55,984 bases of DNA. Source: an uncultured Hyunsoonleella sp. GTDB lineage: Bacteria > Bacteroidota > Bacteroidia > Flavobacteriales > Flavobacteriaceae. Under the pieces are notes generated by a model. The model did no database searches, was not told where the DNA came from, and was given only the letters and a program-made list of their open reading frames with translations. A program made the translations under genes and the position numbers. The stretch is from the NCBI GenBank assembly GCA_964562415.1, contig CAZLTR010000001.1, positions 4,531-60,514 of the forward strand. Direction: 5' to 3'. Positions 18,388 to 27,677 of the stretch are shown here, one piece after another (position 1 is the first letter of the stretch; each line of letters begins with the position of its first letter).

Positions 18388-20841
18388 CTATACGTGATTT
18401 ACGGTTTGTACTGCTTTATATGTACTTAAATTCTTTTTAAATTTTGCGATAGGGTTTTGCAGCTCTCCTTCTATAATTAAACTGGCTATAGGATCGGAAA
18501 GGTTAAGCATTTGCTGTGTATTTCGAAGTTGAAGTCTATTGAGGCAACACCTGCCAAATTTAGGCGTAAAGAGGTCATAACGTTCATATTTTAAGTTGTA
18601 TTCTGGGTGTGCTGCTTGGTATTTCTGTATGCATAATGCCACCTGTTTCCAAAACTGATGCTGCGAAAAACGAAGTTGTTTTTCTAAAATAGGCCCCATA
18701 TATCTAAAAAAACAATCAAAAACATCTGTAAAAATGCTTAAAACTTGCATGGCATCATCGGTTTCAACATAAAGACGTTTTACATGTTTTGGCAACTCCA
18801 AATCGGGATTAAACACTACAACTTCTTCTGTAATATCTTTCATTAAAATACGTACTGGCGTGTACTGTTTCAGCGCTAAAATTATATTTTCACCATGAGG
18901 CATAAACACAAAACCGTACTTGTAAAAACAGTGTAACAACGGACTAAGGTAGGCTTGTAAATACTTTTGCAACCATTGGGTTACCGTATAAGGCGATGCT
19001 TTTATTAACGCAACTAATAAGGCATCTCCTGCCTTATCTAAGTGTAGTAATCCCGCCATAGTCATAGCGGTTTCATGTACGCCTAATTTAGAATAAGGGG
19101 ATTCTCTCCATAAAGCAGACAGCAATTTATGCTGTGCATTGGTTTTATCTAAAGCGGCATAATAGGTATTCTCAAAGCCCACAGTAGCGACCTCGCCTAG
19201 CATTGCAAAACCATTCTTTTTTAAATAAGGGTCATCCTCTAATAAACTAGTAATCCACGTTGTAATATGTGGGGTGCTTTTCATGTAATGCGGAGACAAC
19301 CCTCGGGTAAAGCCCATGTTTAAAATAGATAAAGCTGTTTTGGTATACATCTTTTCGGGATGTGTTTCATTGTATAGAGTACGTATAGATTGCTGTGCCG
19401 AATAGGCGTCTTCACTTTCTCCTAAAAACACAATATACTGGTTTGCTATATCGGCCGAAAACACCTGTTGTATTTTGTGATTCCATTGCCAAGGATGTAC
19501 AGGGATAAATACATAAGCCGCACTATCTAAACCCAGTGTTTCTAAAACCGTATTAAATTTTACCAGTTTAGACACGCCTATTTCCTTTCTCATAAAGGCA
19601 TTATAATCTACTGCTGTTGTAGCCGTAAAGTTGGTTTTACTGTTATGTCCAGCTAACCAGTATATCTTAAAATGCTGATAAGCCTCTGGTGCATATCGGA
19701 TATAATCCAAATTATTAAATCCTATTCTTCCATTGTTGGCTACAAAACAAGGATGTCCTTCTGTCATGGCATGTTCTATAGTTTGAAAAGACTGTTGTGC
19801 CAATTGTTTAGATGTGTATCTGCCATGAGTATATTTAAAGGCTGCACTCGATAGTGTACTTGAAATTTCTTCTAAATACACAGCTAATAAATGATCTGGG
19901 ATTTCTAAAACGTTGACAAAATCTGTAATAAATGTTAAAGCATCTAATGGAACAGGCTGTCCATTTACAAATTTAACAATAGAAGTTTCCTCAATATCCC
20001 AATGTTCTAAGACACGAAGTTTGGCTTTAAACTGATATATTATTTTAGGATTATCGGCTGTTAAACGGTAAGTATCATAAATCCCATCGGTGCTCACAAG
20101 ACACGGCAGTAACAATAACTCATGAGAAAATTCACTAAGTGCCTTTCGCACCAATGCACTATTGGCCTTTGCCCATGCCTTAGGTTCTAAATGGGCTTTA
20201 CATAAGTCTAAACTGGAATGGACACTACCCGAATTTGCCTGTAATGCATCGTGATAAACGGCTTGTTTTGCAATTTGAAAGTCTTGAGGTTCACAAAACG
20301 CTAAAAATGCTCTTTTCTCTGGCAAATCAATTTCCTTTTGGTATCGAAAGCCTGCTTTTTTATTTAAAATATGAATTTTTTCATTTCTAATATCGGGCTC
20401 AACTACAATACGATTTACCTGAGGCTGTTCAAAAAAGAATTCTAATACCGTAGAGAACACATGCCAAGTAAAGCCTTTTATTTTTTGTTGAGGTGGTGGG
20501 CCCACTAAAATATGCATGCCATAATCTGAAGCTTTCGCAGAATAATAATGTGAGATACGATCTGTATTTGCCTTGTATTTTTCGACTAAAAATGCTGTTT
20601 TTCCATTCACACAACCTATAAAAACATCGTAATTAGTATTAGCTTGCAAAGCACTATACTCGGCACGTACCTCTTCTAAAGACTTGCTTAACATGCCCCA
20701 ATATGCCGCATAAGATTGGGTCACCCAACTGTGTAACGTTTCTGTATCTTTTATACTATCAAAATGGCGCAATTCAATACATCCTAAACCCACTATGGCT
20801 TTAGAAAACACCTTTTGTGATGCTGTAATCTCTTGTTTCAT
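18388..20841 (-). CDS. Fused N-hydroxy-amine acyltransferase (GNAT/AlcB) + IucA/IucC NIS synthetase, copy 2
   Basis: DYGMHILVG, RIVVEPDIRN; EGHPCFVANNGRIGF, PVHPWQW, AQQSIRT, MPHGEN, CLNRLQL. Confidence 0.92.
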   Translation of the reverse strand: MKQEITASQKVFSKAIVGLGCIELRHFDSIKDTETLHSWVTQSYAAYWGMLSKSLEEVRAEYSALQANTNYDVFIGCVNGKTAFLVEKYKANTDRISHYYSAKASDYGMHILVGPPPQQKIKGFTWHVFSTVLEFFFEQPQVNRIVVEPDIRNEKIHILNKKAGFRYQKEIDLPEKRAFLAFCEPQDFQIAKQAVYHDALQANSGSVHSSLDLCKAHLEPKAWAKANSALVRKALSEFSHELLLLPCLVSTDGIYDTYRLTADNPKIIYQFKAKLRVLEHWDIEETSIVKFVNGQPVPLDALTFITDFVNVLEIPDHLLAVYLEEISSTLSSAAFKYTHGRYTSKQLAQQSFQTIEHAMTEGHPCFVANNGRIGFNNLDYIRYAPEAYQHFKIYWLAGHNSKTNFTATTAVDYNAFMRKEIGVSKLVKFNTVLETLGLDSAAYVFIPVHPWQWNHKIQQVFSADIANQYIVFLGESEDAYSAQQSIRTLYNETHPEKMYTKTALSILNMGFTRGLSPHYMKSTPHITTWITSLLEDDPYLKKNGFAMLGEVATVGFENTYYAALDKTNAQHKLLSALWRESPYSKLGVHETAMTMAGLLHLDKAGDALLVALIKASPYTVTQWLQKYLQAYLSPLLHCFYKYGFVFMPHGENIILALKQYTPVRILMKDITEEVVVFNPDLELPKHVKRLYVETDDAMQVLSIFTDVFDCFFRYMGPILEKQLRFSQHQFWKQVALCIQKYQAAHPEYNLKYERYDLFTPKFGRCCLNRLQLRNTQQMLNLSDPIASLIIEGELQNPIAKFKKNLSTYKAVQTVNHV

Positions 20842-20854
20842 AATAACGATTCAA

Positions 20855-23296
20855 TTAAGAAATGACTAAATCTCTTTTAAAAGCAGCGATTGGATTTTCT
20901 AATGTCCCCGCAAACTGAAGCAAGGCTACAGGATCCTCTAAATCTATCATTTGCTTGTGATTGTTAAGTTGAAGTCTATTTAAACACGATAAATGGAACT
21001 GGGGCGCAAATAAATCATACTGTTTAAACTTGGCTTCATTTTCGGGGTAACGGTCTTGGTACTCCAAAATAGTTTCTGCGACTAAACTCCAAAACAAGGT
21101 TTCCGACACCCCATCATGTGCCACTAAAATATGAGACATGAATCTGAAAAAACCATCAAAAATATCAGTAAAAATGGAAAGTAATTTTACATCTTCAGGT
21201 ACTGGAGCATACATGCGTTTTAAATGTTCTGGAAGTTCAACCTCTGGATTAAGGATACAGGCTTCTTCCGTAATATCTTTTAATAAAACATGCACTGGCA
21301 CATGGTCTTCTAGCACCATGATTAAGTTTTCTCCATGCGGCATAAATACCAAATCAAAATGATAAAAACAGTGTAATAGCGGACTTAAATACCCCTTAAA
21401 ATAACGTCGCAACCAGTCTGCTACAGATAATCCTGAGCGTGCTATTAATTTTGGCAACAAAGCGGTGCCCTCATGGTCTACATGAAGAAATGCTGCCATA
21501 GTCATTAATTGTTGTTCTGGTTTTGTGGCGGCAACAGGACTCTCACGCCACAAGGAAGCCAACATTTTATTGTAATCGTTATGTACACCATAGGTTTCGT
21601 AATAAGGATTCACATAACTTACGGAAGCCACTTCGCTTAACATACGAAAGCCTGTTTCTTTAATAAATGCATCCTTATACAATATCTCTTCTAACCATAC
21701 CGCCATTTTGGGTGCAGTGCCCAAGTAATATAAAGGCAGCCCTCGCATAAAGCCCATATTAAGGATAGACAATGCAATTTTAGTATAAAACTTATGAGGA
21801 TGTGTCGCGTTAAACAAGGTGCGTATAGACTGCTGTGCATGGTATTGATCTGAACCGTAGCCAAGACATATCAAATCGCCTTTGGCAATCTCTGGAGCAA
21901 AAATAGTAGACAACTTATTAAACCATTGCCAAGGATGCATAGGAATAAAAAAGAAATCATCTGGTTGCTTACCGCGTTTGGTGATCACTGCATTAAATGC
22001 AGCAATGGTATCTACATCTAACTCTTGTTGTATTAGCGTTTCATAATTTAAAGCAGCCGTGGCCGCATATACTGCTTTGCTCTTGTGCCCTGCCAACCAA
22101 AGTAAAGCAAACGAATTGCCTGCTTCTGGAGCATAGGCTCTGTAATCACTACTGTTAAAACCTATACGACCGTTATTTGCCACAAAACCTGGGTGACCTT
22201 CGGTCATAGACTGCTCTATGGTTTGGAAATCTGCCGTTACCAAAGCTGTCGACAAAGGATTGTCTTTGCTCAACTTATACGCACTGCTATACAAAGTACT
22301 TATAATTTCTTCTAAATATACTGGCATATGCGCTTCCGAAAGCCCTAATTGCGCTTGAAATTCTTTAATAAACAAAATGGCATCAACTGGGGTGCTTTTG
22401 CCGTCTGTAAACTTCTTTAGGCTATCTGTTCCAATCCACAAGTGATTCATTGCCAAACACCTCGCTTCAAAATGGTATGCTACATTTACAACATCCGTTT
22501 CTAAAACGTAACGCTTCCACCCGTCATTTAACACCTCTACAACCTTTGGCTTGAGTAATAATTCATGGTTAAATTCTCCAATAGCTTTTTGTACCAACAG
22601 TATATTGGCTTTATTCCATAACTCTGGCTTAAGGTGGTTTACCGATTGCTGCGGTGATATCATGTGATCTAATGTATTCATTGCACTACGTTTCTTAATT
22701 TTTGATGTGAGTTTTAAACCTTCATAATGGCTCCGCTCTAAAAATGCCAACTGCGCTGTCTTATGAGGCATTTCTACAATTTTATCTAACTGAAAGCCTA
22801 GGCGTTGGCACAAGGCAAACATTTTCTTATTTCTAATATCTGGTTCTACTAAAATGCGTTGTACATTACTGTCTTCAAATACAAAATCCATAATAGTACG
22901 AAATGCATACCATGTGAAATTTGGAATTTTCACTTTAGGAGGTGCTACTATCACATGGATACCACAGTCGTGGGCCTGCACATTATACAAAGCACTTATA
23001 GGATCGTATTGGGGTGCATAACGCTCTAATACAAACACGATACGTTCATTATATACCCCCACAAAGACATCGTAATGCTCGGGCCGAACTAATTTAGCAT
23101 ATTCTTGTTGTACCTGTGGCAAAGTATAGCCTTGCATACCCCAAAACACCGCATACTCTTCGTTTACCCATTGGTGCAATACAATACTATCTTGAGTAAT
23201 TCTAAAATGACGTATTTCTATGGTTCCCAGGTCTTTGTAGGTTCTAGAAAATAATGGCATTGCATCATAATCTATACTTTCTTTATTGCAATTCAT
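20855..23296 (-). CDS. Fused N-hydroxy-amine acyltransferase (GNAT/AlcB) + IucA/IucC NIS synthetase, copy 1
   Basis: DCGIHVIVAP, RILVEPDIRN; EGHPGFVANNGRIGF, PMHPWQW, AQQSIRT, MPHGEN, CLNRLQL. Confidence 0.92.
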   Translation of the reverse strand: MNCNKESIDYDAMPLFSRTYKDLGTIEIRHFRITQDSIVLHQWVNEEYAVFWGMQGYTLPQVQQEYAKLVRPEHYDVFVGVYNERIVFVLERYAPQYDPISALYNVQAHDCGIHVIVAPPKVKIPNFTWYAFRTIMDFVFEDSNVQRILVEPDIRNKKMFALCQRLGFQLDKIVEMPHKTAQLAFLERSHYEGLKLTSKIKKRSAMNTLDHMISPQQSVNHLKPELWNKANILLVQKAIGEFNHELLLKPKVVEVLNDGWKRYVLETDVVNVAYHFEARCLAMNHLWIGTDSLKKFTDGKSTPVDAILFIKEFQAQLGLSEAHMPVYLEEIISTLYSSAYKLSKDNPLSTALVTADFQTIEQSMTEGHPGFVANNGRIGFNSSDYRAYAPEAGNSFALLWLAGHKSKAVYAATAALNYETLIQQELDVDTIAAFNAVITKRGKQPDDFFFIPMHPWQWFNKLSTIFAPEIAKGDLICLGYGSDQYHAQQSIRTLFNATHPHKFYTKIALSILNMGFMRGLPLYYLGTAPKMAVWLEEILYKDAFIKETGFRMLSEVASVSYVNPYYETYGVHNDYNKMLASLWRESPVAATKPEQQLMTMAAFLHVDHEGTALLPKLIARSGLSVADWLRRYFKGYLSPLLHCFYHFDLVFMPHGENLIMVLEDHVPVHVLLKDITEEACILNPEVELPEHLKRMYAPVPEDVKLLSIFTDIFDGFFRFMSHILVAHDGVSETLFWSLVAETILEYQDRYPENEAKFKQYDLFAPQFHLSCLNRLQLNNHKQMIDLEDPVALLQFAGTLENPIAAFKRDLVIS

Positions 23297-24490
23297 TTAA
23301 ATGTGTTTAGGTTTAACGATATGTTTAACAGGCCTTTTAAGTTCTACTTTAAAGATGAGGTAATAACTCACTAAAGTGAGTACAAAACCCGATAACGCCA
23401 CTATAAAAGGAATTTGCAAACCTTTGTGTTCTACGAGTACCCCTACAGATAAGGAAGAGAACAATACCCCTAAATTTTGAAAAAAATGAACTTTACTGTA
23501 ATCTGTCGCATAAGATTCGGGCGTACTCAACTCAAACAGCAGCACATCAAATTTCACAACACCTTGAAATATAGCCCAGCCATAAAGAATTCGGCCTAAC
23601 ACAATGGGCTCTGCAATTGGTATTCCTTGTAACAAGAGCCCTAAAACCCCCAAAGCAAGTGCAGAAATTATCCCTTTATAGCTATTGCTTTGCGCCCCCG
23701 AGTTACGCTTGTTATTATACCATAAAGCACCTAAAGCTACAATACCTGGTATGGCGTAAAGTAATCCCGAAACGCCCTTAGACATGTTGGCAGATACCAT
23801 TTCCCAATAACTTACAAAAAAGGGACGTATTAAAAAATCACTAAAATAAAGCAACAAGGTACTCCCCCCTATTTTTAAAATAAACCCTTTAGACATTTTA
23901 CCTGTGGCTGAGGTAGTCTCTGTAGTATTCTCTAATTTTTTAGTGGCATAACGCTTACTCTTTAAAATATAGGCACTCATTCCCATTTGGATAAAGTCTC
24001 CTGCCGCCATAATTAAAAAAATATAACTGGCCTCTATAAAATCTACTGTAAAGCCTCCTATTACAGCACCTAAAATTCCTCCAAGATGTACGACAACAGA
24101 CAGTATACCTATGGTTCGTGCATGATCGCTTTTTTTTACAATCTTAAGAAGATAAGGATACACCAAAAGGTAACTCCCTTTAAACAAAACCATTACCAAA
24201 GACAACAGCCAAAACATAGGATAAGAGGTCGTCCAAAAACAACATAATGCCAAAACTCCAGCAATGGCTTGGGTAAATACTAAAATATTAAGTTCTGCTA
24301 TGCGCTTAGAAATATAAGCCCAAAATGGAAACGCAAGCATTACCATAAAACAAATTGCTGCAAAGTAATACCCCACATGGCTAGGGTTGTCTACACCAAA
24401 ACGCATCTGGAAAAACTGAGGATAAAATGGATGTAACAAATAGTCACTCACCACAGCTACTAAAGTCATCGTTATTAAAAAGGTTCTCAT
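23297..24490 (-). CDS. MFS transporter (putative siderophore exporter)
   Basis: About 12 hydrophobic helices in two bundles; embedded in the NIS operon. Confidence 0.85.
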   Translation of the reverse strand: MRTFLITMTLVAVVSDYLLHPFYPQFFQMRFGVDNPSHVGYYFAAICFMVMLAFPFWAYISKRIAELNILVFTQAIAGVLALCCFWTTSYPMFWLLSLVMVLFKGSYLLVYPYLLKIVKKSDHARTIGILSVVVHLGGILGAVIGGFTVDFIEASYIFLIMAAGDFIQMGMSAYILKSKRYATKKLENTTETTSATGKMSKGFILKIGGSTLLLYFSDFLIRPFFVSYWEMVSANMSKGVSGLLYAIPGIVALGALWYNNKRNSGAQSNSYKGIISALALGVLGLLLQGIPIAEPIVLGRILYGWAIFQGVVKFDVLLFELSTPESYATDYSKVHFFQNLGVLFSSLSVGVLVEHKGLQIPFIVALSGFVLTLVSYYLIFKVELKRPVKHIVKPKHI

Positions 24491-25818
24491 ACTACAGAAT
24501 TTGGTAATGTAACTTCCTCTTCTTCGGTAACCTCAAATTGTTGAAATGCAATTCGCTTCTCTAAAGCGTAATAAGCTTTACCCGTTAAAGCTGCTATAAT
24601 ATGTGAATTTCTATAACAGGCCATGCCTAAATCTGGCGTTACAAAACCATGGGTATGCAACTCTGCATTTTGAACAAAAATGGAATTTCCGTCATGATCT
24701 ATACTGTAATTACGGTGCACAGCATACTTCCCTTTGGCGTCCCATTGAATGCGGTCTTTTATCCCTTCTATAAATTGTGGGGTTTGGTACGCATAACCTG
24801 TCGCTAAAATTAAAGCTTCAGTATCATGTTGGAAATATTTGTCTTGTTCGCACTGGTGAAATTGCAAATAAAACGTATCGAGAGCCTTATCGTAATTCGT
24901 TACTATTAATTCTGAATTGGTTCTCAAATTAATAGCTACACGATTAGACACCTGCTTGGTATATATTAAATCGTAAATGTTTGCAATTAAATCTTGGTTA
25001 ATACCTTTGTATAAATGCTTCTGATTTTTAATTAACGATTCCCGCTTTTCTGAAGGTAAATCGTAAAAATAGTCGACATATTCTGGAGACGTCATCTCTA
25101 ACGTTAACTTGGCATATTCTAAAGGAAAAAAACGAGGCGAACGGGTCATCCAATGCAATGCATACCCACACGTATCTATATCTTGTAATAAATCGTAAAA
25201 TACTTCGGCTGCACTTTGCCCACTACCTACTACCGTAAGTACTTTTTTCCCTTGTAATCTTGACTTTTCAGAAAGGTACATCGAACTGTGTATGGCTGCA
25301 CCTTTTAGGTGTTTACAGCAGGCTGGAACATAAGGTTGTGTGCCTGTACCCAAAACCAATTTTTTAGTTGTATAGCATTTGGTTGTTCCAGAACTGGTAG
25401 ATAATGCATGCACATTATAAAGCTGCGTATTTGCATCGTAGTGCACCTGAGTTACTTCGGTTTTAAAGTAAACATTAGGCAATTTTTTAATTGCCCACTG
25501 GCAGTATTGATTGTATTCTTGCCTTAAAACCAAGAAGTTTTCGCGAATGTAAAACGAATAGATCTTTCCTTGTGCTTTTAAATAATTTAAAAAACTATAA
25601 GGACTTGTAGGATCGGCTAGCGTTACCAAATCTCCCATAAAAGGGATTTGTAATGTCGTATCCTCTAACAGCATCCCAGAATGCCAATTAAAAGCGTCTT
25701 TTTTATCTAAAAACAACCCATTTAATTCTGAAATAGGTGCTGTTAAACAAGCCAAACCCAAATTCATAGGCCCAACACCTATAGCTATAAAATCGTAATC
25801 TGCTTTTGTTGTTGTCAT
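24487..25818 (-). CDS. Lysine/diamine N-monooxygenase (IucD/DesB/AlcA family)
   Basis: IGVGPMNLGLA FAD motif, FNWHSGMLL, VVGSGQSAAE NADPH motif, LILATGY. Confidence 0.95.
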   Translation of the reverse strand: MTTTKADYDFIAIGVGPMNLGLACLTAPISELNGLFLDKKDAFNWHSGMLLEDTTLQIPFMGDLVTLADPTSPYSFLNYLKAQGKIYSFYIRENFLVLRQEYNQYCQWAIKKLPNVYFKTEVTQVHYDANTQLYNVHALSTSSGTTKCYTTKKLVLGTGTQPYVPACCKHLKGAAIHSSMYLSEKSRLQGKKVLTVVGSGQSAAEVFYDLLQDIDTCGYALHWMTRSPRFFPLEYAKLTLEMTSPEYVDYFYDLPSEKRESLIKNQKHLYKGINQDLIANIYDLIYTKQVSNRVAINLRTNSELIVTNYDKALDTFYLQFHQCEQDKYFQHDTEALILATGYAYQTPQFIEGIKDRIQWDAKGKYAVHRNYSIDHDGNSIFVQNAELHTHGFVTPDLGMACYRNSHIIAALTGKAYYALEKRIAFQQFEVTEEEEVTLPNSVV

Positions 25819-25825
25819 CTTTATA

Positions 25826-27331
25826 TTAATTATGTGCGGTATAGTTTTTACCTGTATGCTTTATAAGTTGTATGATATTTAAGAGATCTTTTATAGTGCT
25901 TTGAGGATTAAGTAAAGTGAATTTTAAAAAGATACATCCATCGACTTTTGTACTGGCTACAGAGGCTTGTCCAGATTTAAACAAGGTATTTTTAATGTAG
26001 AGATTAATCGTATCATGAATAGGGTCTCGCGTAATTCCTAAAGCTTTATATCGAAATACCAAAGTGCTCAATTCTGGCTTATGCAGCATTTCAAAAACAG
26101 GATCGTCTTTAATGCTATGGTAAAGGTCTAAAGCGAGATAGTGCACTTGCTCTAAGTAACCTCCAATAGTATCGGCTCCTGTCATCTTTAAACTAAACCA
26201 AAGCTTTAAGGCATCGAAACGCCGTGTGGTTTGTATGGATTTTTCAATGAGATTAGGACAATCTGCATCCCTGTGTTCTAAAGGGTTTAAATAATCTGCA
26301 TAATAGGAAACATATTTAAAATGTACCGTATCCCTTACTAAAAACGCACTAGAGCATACGGGTTGAAACATGGTTTTATGAAAATCTATGGTAACTGAAT
26401 TGGCAGTTTCTAAACCTTTTAAATGTGATTTATGGGTTTCGGTAAGAATATAACTGCCCCCGTAAGCACCATCAACATGAAACCAAATACCGTATTCGCT
26501 TGCTATTTTAGATATGATCTCTAAAGGGTCAAAACTTCCAAAATCTGTAGTGCCCGCGGTAGCCACAATTGCAATAGGAATGTTACCCCGTTGCTTTTCC
26601 TTTTCTATGGCTAACACTAAAGCATTAACATCCATCTTCATAGCTTCATCTGTTGCAACAGGAATCACGGCATTATACCCCATACCTAAAAGTGCTGCAT
26701 TCTTTTTAATACTGAAATGGGCTTTTTCCGAACAGAAAAAACGAAATTTAGTCACTACATCCGACCACCCATGTTCTTTAAGATTTAATCCATAATGCTT
26801 GTAAGCATAATGGTCTCTAGCCAATAGTAATGCCATAAAATTAGATTGTGTTCCCCCAGATGTAAACACGCCATCAGCTGTACTTGGCAAGCCCATTTTA
26901 GCACATATCCACGTTATAATTTCTTGCTCTATTAGTGTAGCAGAGGTACTTTGATCCCAAGTCTCTACAGCTGTATTTACAGTCGTAGCAATCATATCCC
27001 CTACTAAAGCTGGCCACAATACGGGACAGTTTAAATGGGCGACATAATTAGGATGTTGAAAAGAAATAGCATGATCTAAATACAGGGTTTTAATCTCTTG
27101 TAAAGCCTTATCTATAGATAATTGCAATTCGGGATCTGCCTTTAATTCTGTGGTTTTAGACCGCAAATCTACAACAGATGCACCACTGTAAAAATTAGGA
27201 TTGTCTAAAAATTGAAGCAGATAGTCTACTGTTTTGGAAATAGCATCCTTATACTGCTGCTTGCTTGTGGCGTCAAAAAACTGATCAATTTTTTGATCGG
27301 TTATATAGGTTGGGTTAGTGTCAAGAATCAT
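25826..27331 (-). CDS. Group II PLP-dependent decarboxylase (DesA-like lysine/diaminobutyrate decarboxylase)
   Basis: YVAHLNCP, GVFTSGGTQSN, TAGTTDFGSFD, HVDGAYGG, TIDFHK; ATG 27331 preferred over TTG 27382. Confidence 0.92.
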   Translation of the reverse strand: MILDTNPTYITDQKIDQFFDATSKQQYKDAISKTVDYLLQFLDNPNFYSGASVVDLRSKTTELKADPELQLSIDKALQEIKTLYLDHAISFQHPNYVAHLNCPVLWPALVGDMIATTVNTAVETWDQSTSATLIEQEIITWICAKMGLPSTADGVFTSGGTQSNFMALLLARDHYAYKHYGLNLKEHGWSDVVTKFRFFCSEKAHFSIKKNAALLGMGYNAVIPVATDEAMKMDVNALVLAIEKEKQRGNIPIAIVATAGTTDFGSFDPLEIISKIASEYGIWFHVDGAYGGSYILTETHKSHLKGLETANSVTIDFHKTMFQPVCSSAFLVRDTVHFKYVSYYADYLNPLEHRDADCPNLIEKSIQTTRRFDALKLWFSLKMTGADTIGGYLEQVHYLALDLYHSIKDDPVFEMLHKPELSTLVFRYKALGITRDPIHDTINLYIKNTLFKSGQASVASTKVDGCIFLKFTLLNPQSTIKDLLNIIQLIKHTGKNYTAHN

Positions 27332-27332
27332 T

Positions 27333-27355
27333 TTATTTTTATTTAATCTAAATAA
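27333..27355. promoter_or_regulatory. Putative Fur box of the siderophore biosynthesis operon
   Basis: TTATTTTTATTTAATCTAAATAA directly upstream of the ATG; -7 element TAAATTTG on the minus strand at 27362-27369. Confidence 0.7.
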
Positions 27356-27390
27356 GCTTTGCAAATTTAGAATCAAATTCAAAATAACTT

Positions 27391-27418
27391 ATGACGTATC
27401 TTGGATAAAAAAAGACGT
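27391..27418. promoter_or_regulatory. Putative AraC-family activator site (copy 2)
   Basis: ATGACGTATCTTGGATAAAAAAAGACGT; same orientation and similar distance to the Fur-like box as copy 1. Confidence 0.65.
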
Positions 27419-27677
27419 TGAAAATAAAAACTATTCTTACAAAAAAGAATATCGTTTTTAAATAACTGCTACAGTATCGTTTACCTCTTCCTGTTGTTAA
27501 AAAGCAAAATCAGAAGTCCATTTTTTTACAAAACCATCATTAATGTAATACTTTACAAAACAATTCATTACAATTATCTTCCAGTCATGAAAAAAATTAT
27601 TTATTAAAAATAGATTTATTTTAACATAAAATTTCTACCTTGTTGTCTTACAAAATAACCCTAACGAACTAAATTTT

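Noticed and set aside
27332-27382. N-terminal extension of the decarboxylase from TTG 27382
   Set aside because: It covers the predicted -7 element and Fur-like box; ATG 27331 is more plausible.
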